This document shows positions 46,601 to 58,227 of a stretch of 64,000 bases of DNA, one piece after another; position 1 is the stretch's first letter, and every line of letters begins with the position of its first letter. The notes under the pieces were generated by a model. It was not told the DNA's origin. It searched no databases and saw only the letters and a program-made list of their open reading frames with translations. The translations under genes were made by a program, and so were the position numbers. Where the stretch lies: contig NC_088802.1 in the NCBI RefSeq assembly GCF_011386835.1, positions 18,476,001 through 18,540,000 of the forward strand. The letters run 5' to 3'. The DNA is from Chrysemys picta bellii (taxonomy: Eukaryota).

Positions 46601-49600
46601 TCTCGCTCTACGGCTTCCGTGTGGGGACAGTATTTGGGTTTTGTTGTGACCACATGCTCCTGAGTGTGATGCATGTGTGATTAAATTTCCACATGCCGAG
46701 GCAACACATAGGGGGGTCATGTGCCCCCCCAGATTTGCTGCACAATTTGTACTGAGCATGCTCCCATGGACTGAGCATGCTCAGTAACACTGCTGAAGCC
46801 GGCTGCCCTCACTCTGTCCCCCCCCCCCCCCCTCCCCAGTGGCAGGCATGGATTGTCGCTGTCCACGGGAGTGCCTATAGGAAGTTTCTGGATGTCTCTC
46901 TCATGTGTGTCCATGAACATTTGTCTCTGCAGTTTGTATTTGTTTTTTAAATGACCGATGTGCTGATATCATGATTTTTCTCATTGGATTTTTTTGTTGG
47001 TGTCATGCTTTTAATTTCCCGCACCTCCCTTTGCCCAGGAGTCGCTGCCAGTGCAGTGTGTGTGTGTGAGAGAGAGAGAGAGAGGGGCCAGGTCTACACT
47101 GACATGTTAGTTTGACCCAGCTATGTCATTCAAGGATGTAAAAAATCCACCCCCCCGAAAGACGTAGTTAAGCTGGCCTACCCTGATGTAGACAGTGCTA
47201 AGTTGATAGAAGAATTCTTCCATCAACCTAGTGACTGCTTCTCAGGGAGGTGGATTTAGCACAGCAATGGGAGAACCAGTGCCAGATTACCGCATGGAAA
47301 AATCTCCCCCTGCCACAGCCCCAGGGCGGGAGGAGCTCTCTCTCCCCACCACAACCTCCGTGCAGAGCTTCTCCAGTCTCGGTGCTGCAATAGGGGGGAG
47401 GAGCAAGCCGGGGGGGGGGGGTGAGGCTGTGGTGGAAGGGGTGGAATGGGGGTGGGACTGAGGGCAGAACAGGGGCATGGCCACGGGGGAAGGGGCAGAA
47501 CAAGGGAGGGGCCGTGGGTGGAACGAGGGCAGGGCCACAGGGGAAGGGGCGGAACAGGGTGGGGTCATGGGCGGGGTTGCAGGTGGAAGGGGCGGAACGG
47601 GGGTGGAACTGAAGGTGGAAGGGGTGGGGTAGGGCCACAGTTTTGGCATTGGGGCCCCCTCACTTGCTCCGGCCCAGGGCCCCAGGAGACCTTGATCTGC
47701 CTCTGGGGAGACCCCCTCCTGTTGCTGCAGTGAGTGTCTACACTGACGCACTAGCACGACGCAGCTGCAGCGCTGCCACTGTAGCGGTTTCAGTGTAGAC
47801 ACAGCCAGAGAGGGAGAGAATGTTAAGCTGAGTCCTGCCTCCTGCTGCCCTTTCTGCTGCTAGACGAATCTGGAGTTCACTAAGCCAGTGATATGAGAAC
47901 ATCCTAATCATGCAACACTGTAGCCAAAATGTGCTCCTTGGATGCATAACCATGGGACTCTTGAGTAGGGGTAGAGAGGTTATTTTACCTCTGTATTTGG
48001 TCCTGGTGAAACCGCTGCTGGAATCCCATGTCCAGTTCTGGTGTCCTCAGTTCAGAAAGGATGTTGATAAACTGGAGAGGGTTCAGAGAAGAGCTATGAG
48101 ATTGATCAGTGGAATAGAAAACATGCCTTCTAGTAATAGATGCAAAGAGCTCCATCTATTTAACTTAACATAAAGAAGGCTTCAGAAGTGACTGGATCAC
48201 GGTGTGTAAGTACCTAATTGGGAAACAAATGTTTGATAATGAGCTCTTTGAAACTAGAGGACAAAAATATACCACCATCCTCTGGCTGGAAGTTGAAGCT
48301 AGACAAATTCAGACTGGAAATAAGACATATATTTCTAACAGAGCGGGTAATTAACCACTGGAATATTACCAAGGGTCATGGCGGATTCTCAATCACTGAC
48401 AATTTTTCCATCAAGATTGGATTTTTTTTTAAAAAATAGATTTGCTCTAATTAAAGAGAAAATGTTTTGGAAAATCCTATGGCCTGTGTTACACAGGTCA
48501 GACTAGATGATCACAATGGTCTCTTCTGGCCTTGGAATCTATGAATCCATGCTAAAGATTGCACACTATTAACATAAATTAGGACTGACTAAGGAAGCTT
48601 TAGGAAGATCTCTCTCTCATCCATAGGGAGTTTGTCTCAAAAAAAGTCTTGAAATGACTTTTTGGGGTAGTGAGAAATTTCCCTTTGGCAGACACATGGC
48701 TGTATGAAATACCCCTGATCTCTCTGCAGGGTCTTTACCTGCCCATTCCCCATTTCTATCTGTCTGTTACAGGAAAAGATCAAAAAGGAGAGGCAGAGAA
48801 TTGGGTTTGAATTTCAGCAGCTCCGCCAGTTTCTGGAGGAACAAGAGCGCCTCCTGCTGGCCCGGCTGGAAGAGTTGGACAGGATTATGAAGTGGCAAAA
48901 GGAAACGGTCACCAGATTTCCCATGGAGATTTCCCATCTTAATAGCCTGATCAGTGAGCTGGAGGGGAAGTGCCAGCAGCCAACGAGTGATTTCCTGCAG
49001 GTGAATTTCCTTTTTGTGGAGATAGGCTCCAGCAGTGGGCAGCTGCAGGAGCCTTTCCCCGTTGCCAGAGCCTTTCCCCACTTCTGTTAGAGACACCCCA
49101 GTTGCCTCTGCACAGTATCCTGAACTATTTTCACAGGGGATGATGCATAAAATTGGGGATGATGCACAGGGGATGATGCCAAAATTACCCCCAACATTTT
49201 CTCTGATGTGGAATATTCCTGGTATGTAGCCTGCTCTCCCAGTTCTCTGTGAGACGCTGCCTACGGCTGCCCTGTGCATGCAGAATGCGTCAGAGCCCTG
49301 TGGCAACTTTGCTTGCCAGAGCTCTGCACCCAGCTAGTGCCCTAGGGAAGTTCAAATCCAAATGAGCCCATAAATATTTAACTTATTGTTTGTATTGCAG
49401 TAGCCTCCAGAGGCCCCAATGTGCCAGGCACAGAGAGAGGCTGCAGCAGAGCCCGCAAATGAACCCCATAATCCAGCCTCCAAAGTAGGAGGCTAAACAT
49501 TTTGCTAAGGCAACATAACACGCGCCAACCCCAGGAATTTGCTGTGGAGATGGCGGTGGAGATTGGAGTGGGAAATGTTAATCTTCCTGATTAGCATTTG

Positions 49601-52600
49601 CCTTTTGAAAACACCCTGGATTGTTTCTCTGTGCCCAATAGAACGTGCCGCCTATCCCCAGGGGAAGATTTAGGGGCCATTTTGGAAAATCCAACTCCGT
49701 GATCTAAATGCTTTAATAAATATGTAGAAGTAGGTTGTGACTTTAACCTATGGAACTTGATGGGTGAAAGCTCATTTCCCGCAGGCGGGATCTTTGGCAT
49801 TTCACATGTGCAATCAACTTCCTTTCTCTCTTTCTCTCCCTTCTAGGACATCAGGATCACCTTGAGCAGGTACATGGCTCCGTCTCACTCTCCCTCGCCT
49901 TTCATTCTCTTGTCATGTTAAAACCCCGGGGCACAGCAGCAAGGGGTAGGGGGCACAATCACAATTCTCCCAGTGTTAAGTTTAATTAAGTGGTTTTAAA
50001 TAGCTTCCACCCAGTGATTACTTTGTAATGAAACAAGTGCCGTGGCTCAGGCAATTAGAAGCCATATTTTTTACTTTCATAACTGATGCGTCAAGCCCAG
50101 AGGTGCCGGGGCTATGAACTGCCAGGCCTAGAGGTGCCGGGGCTATGAACTGCCAAGCCCAGAGGTACCGAGACTGTGAACTGCCAAGCCCAGAGGTGCC
50201 GGGACTGTGAACTGCCAATCCCAGAGGTGCCGGGACTGTGAACTGCCAGGCCTAGAGGTGCCAAAGCTATGAACTGCCAGGCCTAGAGATGCCGGGGCTA
50301 TGAACTGCCAACCTAAAGGTGCCGGGGCTAGGAACTACCAAGCCTAGAGGTGCTGGCACTAAGCCCTGGCAAGCCTTGGCACAAATTAAGCAATGCTTCT
50401 ACCTCTAAGGGACTGGCTGTGTCAGGATGCTGGGGATGGAATAAGAGGCCTTTCATCTCAGCACCTCTACAGGCAAGATAGGTAGGGGGACACCTCCCCG
50501 ATTTGAGGATTGCACTGCAGCATAGGCAGGAGATGCCTACTGGGAGGTAACAGTGCCCGTGCCCAGAGGCAGAAACATGGCATTTTTAGAACCCATGGCA
50601 TTTTTAGAACATAAGAGTGGCCACACGGGGTCAGACCAATGCCCCATCTAGCCCAGTATCCTGTCTCCCGACAGTGTCCAATGCCAGGTGCCCCAGAGGG
50701 AATGAACAGAACAGGCAATCATCAAGTGATCCACCCCCTGTCGCCCATTCCCAGCTTCTGGCAAACAGAGGCTAGGGACCCCATCCCAGTCAGCCAGACT
50801 AATAGCCATTGATGGATCTATCCTCCATGAATGTATCTAGTTCTTTTTCGAACCCTGTTATAGTCTTGGCCTTCACAACATCTTCCGGCAAAGAGTTCCA
50901 CAGGTTGACTGTGGGTTGTGGCTAAAAGGTAGGTGTTGAGTGAGCTTAGGCACCTACAGGGTTAGGTGGCAGATAAAGGGGGTTGCAATGCCACCTAAAT
51001 CTGGGACTCAGGTGCCTAAATCCCTTTGTGGATCTGGGCCTAATAGTCTCTGTAGCCTAAGGATGGATCATAACTGTGGGGGAAGCATGCACAGCTAATG
51101 CCTCGGTGTCACCTTCTGTGAGGGTAGGACACACAGAGGAATCCATTCTCCAGGGACCCCAGTACAGCAGCATTGACTAGCATGAGCTTCATATTAAAAG
51201 GCAATTAAGTAATGCATAATAAGGAGTAATTAATGTAATTAATACAATTCACTTCAGAGAGTTTTCTCTCTCCAGGTGCGAGATGTTCCAGCAGCCCACA
51301 GGGATTTCTCTTGAGCTGGAAAAGAGACTCAGTGATTTCTCTCAAAAAACTATTGCCTTAAAGGAGACCCTGAGGAAATTCAAAGGTACCAAGAGGGGAG
51401 GCAGGCAGAGAATCGAGATGTGTCTCTGTAACTGTAAGAGGGGGCGGGCTCTGGCCACTTAGCAGCCAATGTAAAACCCAGCAAAAGTACAGTAGAGGAC
51501 CATTGGACGGGCAGTGGGAACTGTCCAGGGCTAAAGAAGTTTCGAACGAGGATTCAGAAATGAAATAACATGAATATGGTTCAATGTTATATTTACTTGT
51601 TTCTCCTACATCATGAGAAATTTAGGATCCAGGTGAAGGGAGCAGTGCCAGATCCAAAAGGGGCTGAATCCTGTGTATGAATAGGGCCTTACCAAATTCA
51701 TGGTCCATTTTGGTCAATTACACAGTCATGGGATTTTAAAAATCATAAATTTCATTATTTCAGCTATTTAAATCTGAAATTTCACAGTCTTGTAATTGCA
51801 GGGGTCCTGACTCAAAAAGGAGTTGTGGGGGAGGTCACAAGGTTATTGTAGGGGCGGTTGCAGTACTGCTACCCTTACTTCTGTGCTGCTGCTGGTAGCG
51901 GCGCTGCCTTCAGAGCTGGGCAGCTGGAGAGCGGTGGCTGCTGGCTGGGAATCTAGCTCTGAAAGTAGCACCACCGCCAGCAGCGGCGCAGACGTAAGGA
52001 TGGCACAGTATGGTATTGCCACCCTTGTTTCTGCGCTGCTGCCTTCAGAGCTGGGTCCTCAGTCAGCAGCCGCCACTCTCCAGCCGCCCAGCTCTGAAGG
52101 CAGCAATGCAGAAGTAAGGGTGGCAATACCGCAACCCCCCTAAAATAAACCTTGCGACCCCCCTGCAACTCCCTTTTGGGTCAAGACCCACAATTTGAGA
52201 AACCATTAAATCTATATAGTATAGGGCAAAAGCACACAAAAGACCTGATTTCACAGGGGGAGAAAGAGCTCCAGTAAACAATGGTTTAATAACAGAGAAA
52301 AAGAGGGAACAGATCAAGGAGATAGAGCTGGGGGCTGGGAGTCAGGAGACCTGGGTTTTGTTCTAGCTCCTCCACCGATTTGGTGAGCGACCCTGGAAAA
52401 ATCAATTCGGTTCTCTGTGCCTCAGTTTCCCCATCTCCAAAATCACGACGTTCTATTCCTCCAGCACAGCCACCCCCTTGCACTTTGTGCATAGGAAGTC
52501 CCTTCTGGCTTCCGGCAGGAAAGAAAACATGGCGCATCCGTGGTAGGTCACCGCCGCTGTTCTAGTGCTGGCCATCTTGAAATCTGCACAGAGAAGGAAA

Positions 52601-55600
52601 GCTTCTCGCGTGCCCTCTCTTGGCTCTCTGCCAAGCTCTCCCGTTACTTAGCCTAGCAAATGAGGATTTACACCAAGTCTCCCGGCTTAGGTTAGCCCAG
52701 CCCCTCACCATTAGGGAGCAACAAGTGGGCTGATCAAAGCTCAATGGGTCAGGCCAACAGACAATGAGAACTGCAGTCTGTGCTGGGTTCTCTGATGTTC
52801 AGTCTAGGAATGTATTGGTGTTCTGAGATCCTTCAAGGAAACAAGTGATATAGTCACATAAAAATGCTCCTGGGATATTCTTGATTTGGTTTAAGGTACA
52901 TCTGGTTTGACTAAACAAGTTTTTTCTCTCCATATCTCTGCCCCTTTCCCTCTCTCTGTTTCCCTTCCCTCATTAAGCGGGCTTGTTTAATTCAGATTGG
53001 AAAGCTGGGCATAAAGTTGACTGCATGACATCTCTCCTCTCTAGACACTCTGGCTCTGGGACTAGAGACCGGTGCAGGGAGATCTCTAGCGTGGGGTGTG
53101 GACACCATAGGAAGAAAGGGTGAGTTTTTACAGGGATATTTCCTAGTTTGCATTTGTAGCTCTGGCTTGAATGGCAGAAGAGCCTCTGAGATCAAACAAA
53201 ACAGCCTCCTGCCAACAGAGAGAGAGAGAGAGAGGGCAACAGGAAAGGGGAGGGGGACTTAAACATCCTACAATATTAACCCCTTAACTGCTGTTCCCAC
53301 ATGACAAGTGCGGCATGGGAGTGAGACAGGGCCGGCAGTGCAATCCCCTGACTGAATGGGACTCAGTGCTGTTGGCTTGAACCTCCCCCAGTGTTCCCCC
53401 CGGGGCACTTGCTTCCCTCCCTCAATCACCTGAATCTCCCATTTTCTCTTCCCACTGGGCTGCGGGGTCTCCATTTATGGTCCTCCCTTCACCCTGGCTC
53501 TTTAGGACCTCTCCACTGTTGCCTGACCCTTTGGAAGGTTAATCATGTTTGGATTGGTGGCCAATTGATCGGAGTCTTCCCCCAGAATCAGACCTAACAC
53601 TACAGAGATTGATATCTTGTGGGGAGTCTCAAGTTGGATGACAAGGACTCATACCCGGGCGGCAAAGTAAAACCTTAGATACCTTTATGAAAATAAAGGA
53701 GAAAGCTAGAAAAGACTCGAGCCAAATAACAAGGTAGAGATCATACAGGACTGGGGTTATCTGTGGTATCACTCGATGCATAAGCTCCTAGAATTTCATA
53801 CTCATAGCCTGGGTTGAGGACCTGGTGGTAAGAGACAACAGGACCAGCCCCATCTCTGGCATCTATAGGCTAACACAGCGGTTCTCAAACTTTAGCAACC
53901 CAAGGACCCCCATTTTGATTTAAAAAATTTTGAGGACCCCCCAAACCTCCCCTCCCCCCTAGGCCCCGCACCACTCCACTCCTTCCGCCAAGGCCTCTCC
54001 CCCTCCCCATCTCTTTCTGCCCCCGCCCCACCCCTGCCCCTCCTCTTTCCCACCTCCTCCCCCGAGCGTGCCCCATCCCTGCTCCTCCCCCTCCCTCCCA
54101 GCGCCTCCTGCATGCTGCTGAACACTGTTCCCTGGTGTGCAGGAGGCACTGGGAGGGACGGGGAGGAGTTGATCAGCTGGGCCCCTGGAGTACCCTCGCA
54201 GACCCCCAGTTTGAGAAATGCTGGGTTAACATGTAACAGCCATTTCAGCCCATGATCATACCATCACCCCTTGCTCCAGCGGATTCGCGATTATTTCTTC
54301 TGATGTTCCTTGCGGTAGCACTGACTGGAACATTGTAACTCATACCATTGAGCAAGCTCTCCTTAGTTCCCAATATCTAAAGGTAACCGCTAGGCCATTA
54401 ATCTATGCCAAGGGTTACCACCTGCTTAACCACGCTTATGCTAATTTATGCTTCAGCTAATCCTGCAGCGGTTCTCAAACTGGGGGCTGGAATCCCAAAG
54501 TGGATTTTAATGGGGTCACCAGGGCTGGCTTCGACTTGCTGGGATCCAGGGCCAAAGCCAAAGCCCAAGCCCAAGCCCCACCACCTGGGGCTGAAGCCAA
54601 AGCCCGAGGGCTTCAGCCCTGGGTCGTGGGGCTCAGGGTTACAGACCCCCTGCCTGGGCTGAAGCCCTTGGGCTTTGGCCCCTCTGCCTGGGGCAGGAGT
54701 GCTTGGGTGGGCTCAGGCTTCGGTCCCCCTCCTGATGTCATATAATATTTTTTGTTGTCAGAACAGGGTAGCGGTGCAATGAAATTTGAGAACTCCTGAT
54801 TAACAGTACACAGGCCTGTAGGTTTCTCACATTATAGCTGAATATAATGAAAGCAGCTAAATATAGTGAAGGCAAGTGTCACGGAGTGGGGGGGAGTCAG
54901 GGCCCCGCACCCCCCACTTCCTGCGATTCACAGTGACTCTCAGCCATCCAGTAAAAGAGAAGGTTTATTAGACAACAGGAATACAGTCCAAAACAGAGCT
55001 TGTGGGTACAGAAAACAGGACCCCTCAGTCGGGTCCATCTTGGGGGGCTAGGAAGCCCAGACCCCGGTGCTGGGCCTCCCTCTGTTTCCCCAGCCAGCTC
55101 CAAACTGAAACCCCCTCCAGCCCCTCCTCTGGCCTTTGTCTCTTTCCCGAGCCAGGAGGCCACCTGATCTCTTTGTTCTCCAACACCTTCAGTTGGCACC
55201 TTGCAGGGGAGGGGCCCAGGCCATCAGTTGCCAGGAGATGGGATATCGGCCATTCTCTGTGCAGACAGCATCACACTGGCCCTCCAGGGCTCTGCAACAA
55301 TCACACACCCTTATCCTTATCCCACCACCTAGATACTTAAGAAAGGCATAGGGGAAACTGAGGCATTCACACAATATTCAGAGAAAACATTAAGAACATT
55401 CCCACTTGGTCACAGCCAGACAGTGAATATCGGCAAGCTTGCCCTATGGGCTACACCACTGGCTGCCTCCTCCTCCTCCTGTCTGCCACGTGGGCTGGGA
55501 GGCAGCTCTCCATCGGTTGGCGTCCCCTAGTTCTCTTCCATTCCGCAGTGGGCTGGGTGCTCTTCCCCAGGGGTTCCCCCTCCCCCCGCACTGCACAGAA

Positions 55601-56433
55601 GTTTGAGCTGTGATCTGGGCTGCTTCCTCCTTGCTAGCTGGGGACGGGGCGTCTCTCCCTAACAGGACAGCTGGTGGCTCCCAGGATCTGTCCCTGCTGC
55701 TGGCAGTGGGGCAGCCCCCACAGGGAGACGCAGCAGGGGAAGAGGCAGAGAGAAGCAGTCACAGCAGCAGATATAGCAGCACCCCTAGAGCCTGGGAGAG
55801 GACAGAGAGGCAGAAAATCAGGGAGCGACCCAGGTGGGACGGGGCTGCTGGGGAGTGCGAGAAAAGGTCCCCTCCTTCGACAGGGCCGAGCTCTGCCCCT
55901 AACGCTCTGATTCTCTCTCCCCAGCGAATGTGACTCTGGATCCAGACACGGCTCATCCCCAGCTTGTCCTATCTGCGGATGGGAAAGGCGTGAGACGGGG
56001 ACACGAGCAGCAGGATCTGCCCGACAATCCCGAGCGATTCGATTCCGTTCTCTCCGTGCTGGGCCGTGACGGGTTCGCCTCGGGCAGACACTACTGGGAG
56101 GTGGAGGTGGGCGTTGGGGGAATCTGGTCGGTGGGGGTGGCCAGGGAGTCTGTAAGGAGGAAGGGACGGATGAGCAATTACCCTGAGCAGGAGATCTGGG
56201 CTGTGGGTCACTGGGGTGGTCAGTACCGGGCTTACACCGCCTGTGAGACCATCCTACCCCTGCCTACGATCCCCAGGAGAATCCGGGTGGCTCTGGACTA
56301 TGAAGGGGGGCGGGTGGCATTTTTTGATGTTGACAACAAGTTCCTGATCTTCATTTTCCCACCGGCCTCTTTCACTGGGGAGAGACTCTTCCCTTTCTTT
56401 TTGGCGGGATCCACACTCCGGCTGTGTCCCTGA
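43235..56433 (+). CDS. TRIM gene D: RING/B-box2/coiled-coil/B30.2, about 482 aa
   Basis: Exons 43235-43642 (408), 45877-45972 (96), 48773-49000 (228), 49847-49869 (23), 51276-51385 (110), 53045-53119 (75, least certain), 55925-56433 (509). GT-AG, phases consistent, no stops. Confidence 0.87.
46342..46542. mobile_element. Young Penelope-like insertion with a perfect 74-bp inverted repeat
   Basis: Arms 46342-46415 and 46431-46504 are exact reverse complements around a 15-nt loop; 13-bp flanking duplication CTGGGATGTGAAT (46329-46341 and 46543-46555). The Penelope assignment comes from recognising the terminal sequence. Confidence 0.75.
47885..48550 (+). mobile_element. CR1 LINE 3' portion (ORF2 C-terminus and tail)
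   Basis: REVILPLYLVLVKPLLESHVQFWCPQFRKDVDKLERVQRRA...GWKLKLDKFRLEIRH-FLTERVINHWN, with stops and frameshifts. Confidence 0.9.
50092..50360. repeat. 31-bp minisatellite (about 8.5 copies) inside a MITE-like element
   Basis: Unit CCCAGAGGTGCCGGGGCTATGAACTGCCA(A/G)G; the element ends GGCACAAATTAAGCA. Confidence 0.85.
53876..54223. mobile_element. hAT (Charlie-type) MITE
   Basis: Same family as 8798-9114; TSD GGCTAACA/GGTTAACA. Confidence 0.8.
54877..55414. mobile_element. Solo LTR
   Basis: TGTCAC...GTCACA termini; 5-bp flanks GCAAG/GCCAG (one mismatch). Confidence 0.75.
55925..56433 (+). CDS. Gene D terminal exon: B30.2 (PRY-SPRY)
   Basis: [11 protein letters not shown]...GRHYWEVEVG...LDYEGG...; CAG acceptor at 55922-55924. 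Confidence 0.95.
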
Positions 56434-57507
56434 GATAGGGGTGAAGGGGAATGGTCCCATATGATCATAGGTGCTGACTCCACAGGTGCTCCGGGGATGG
56501 AGCGCCCCTGGAAAAAAAAATAGTGGGGGCTCAGCACCCATCAGCCACAGCTGTTCAGCGGCATGGCCGATCAGCTGTTTGGCAATGCCCCTGATTAGCT
56601 AATTGGGGGGCTCTGCTAAGCAGCTGATGGCGGTCCCAACGAACAGCTGTTTGGTGGCTTGGAGAGGGGTTTGGGGGAGGGCAGAAACCAGTGAGTGGTG
56701 GGCAGGCGGGGGCTTTGGGGAGTGGGCTGAGCAGGGGTGGGAAGAGGCAGAGCGAGGATGGGACTTGGGGGAAGGGGCAGAGTGGGGGCGGGGCCTCAGG
56801 GCAGAAACACCCCCGGGGAAAAATAAAAGTTGGAGCCTATTCATGTGACAACCATAAAATAGGTTTCTCTAACTTCTGACGTCATGACACTGAGGCTAGA
56901 GCATATTTCTGGCCAGACAAAATGGCAGAGAGATGGACGTGAAGGCGAAGCAAATGACATTTGTCTGTCAATTCTTTATGATTCTGGAGGCCCAGGGATT
57001 TTGCAAGATCAGGGAATAAGAAATGCTGCCCGTAGTCACCTGTGATTCTGCAGCCTCTAGGGGAAATTTTGCAGCAACGTCAGAGACAATTTTAAAGGAC
57101 GTTTTTAAATAGATTTAAATGGTGCAGTTAGTGTAGCAAGATATTTGATTGTGTTTATTTTACACTATTCCCAGGTGATCAGTTTCCAATATCCCAACAT
57201 CTTTGTGCTGAGAATGCGTAGCTACAGGAGAGATTCTTTTAAGGGGGAGCTGGAGGTTTTAGTTTCTGGATGGGGGACATTTGGGGATTTTGGCGCAGGA
57301 CCTTAAAGGTGTATAGGAGTCTATTTCAATGGGAGTTACACACCTAAATACGTTTGAGGATCTGGGCCATTGGCACCTGGGGTGGGATGAGAGGCTGTTT
57401 GGTATTGAGGGATCGGTGTGTGGCTGGAGGTTTTGGTGAAAACAATCAGCAGTGAAAGAATTGACAATGCCCAGTGTAGTAGGAAGAGAACCTAAGATAT
57501 AAGCCCT

Positions 57508-58227
57508 TGTATCAGAGGCCAGGTATGAGGCCTGAGCTAAAGTAGTGGGCAAGCTTTGCTGATATAAAGCAAAGTTAGCAAAAGTCAGGCTGTGAGCAAA
57601 CGTCAGGCTCCGCCTGCTTGCAAGCTCACAGAATCTGGCAAGGACAGAGCTAACATTGCAGAAACACAGATTCCTAAGAAGTGCTAGGCACAGAGTACTC
57701 ACCCAAACACATTCCAGAAGAGTGGTACCAGAACATCCCTATATCAAAGATGGTACCAAAACATTCCCCAAGGATAACAAGAACACACTGACCCCTCCTA
57801 AAAGATAAGGTCAGGATGACAGTGTAATAAATAAAGATGTTTTAATCAAACCAATATGTACAAGGAAATGGGTAATAACTAGCTATGTCACGGGGCAGTA
57901 ACTAACTATGTCAGAGGGGCAGTAGATAATTTGTTTGTATCAGGGTATAAAGGTGTATCTCTGAGAGAGTCCAGCCGAGGGGGTAACGGAAAATCCCGCC
58001 ATTCCCTGAACTGTGTCCATTGTCCATTGTCACGGGCATACGTGTCTTTGTAAAGTCTGCCAGGTGCCATTACCGTGCTTTGTCGACAATAAACCTGGCC
58101 TGGTTCATCCCTTAATGGATCTTGTGGTCATTGGGCGGTTCGCTTGAGGTCCGCTGTGCCGGCTGTCTGCGCAGAGCTGGAGCAGCACACAGGGAGTACA
58201 CACACATGCAGCCAACATCTAGCCACA
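57508..58227 (+). mobile_element. ERV-type LTR (boundaries approximate)
   Basis: Starts TGTATC; TATA-like GGGTATAAAGG at about 57943, AATAAA at about 58088; TSD uncertain. Confidence 0.55.

Noticed and set aside
50092-50360. CRISPR-like periodicity
   Set aside because: Contiguous tandem units with no unique spacers, in eukaryotic DNA with no cas genes.
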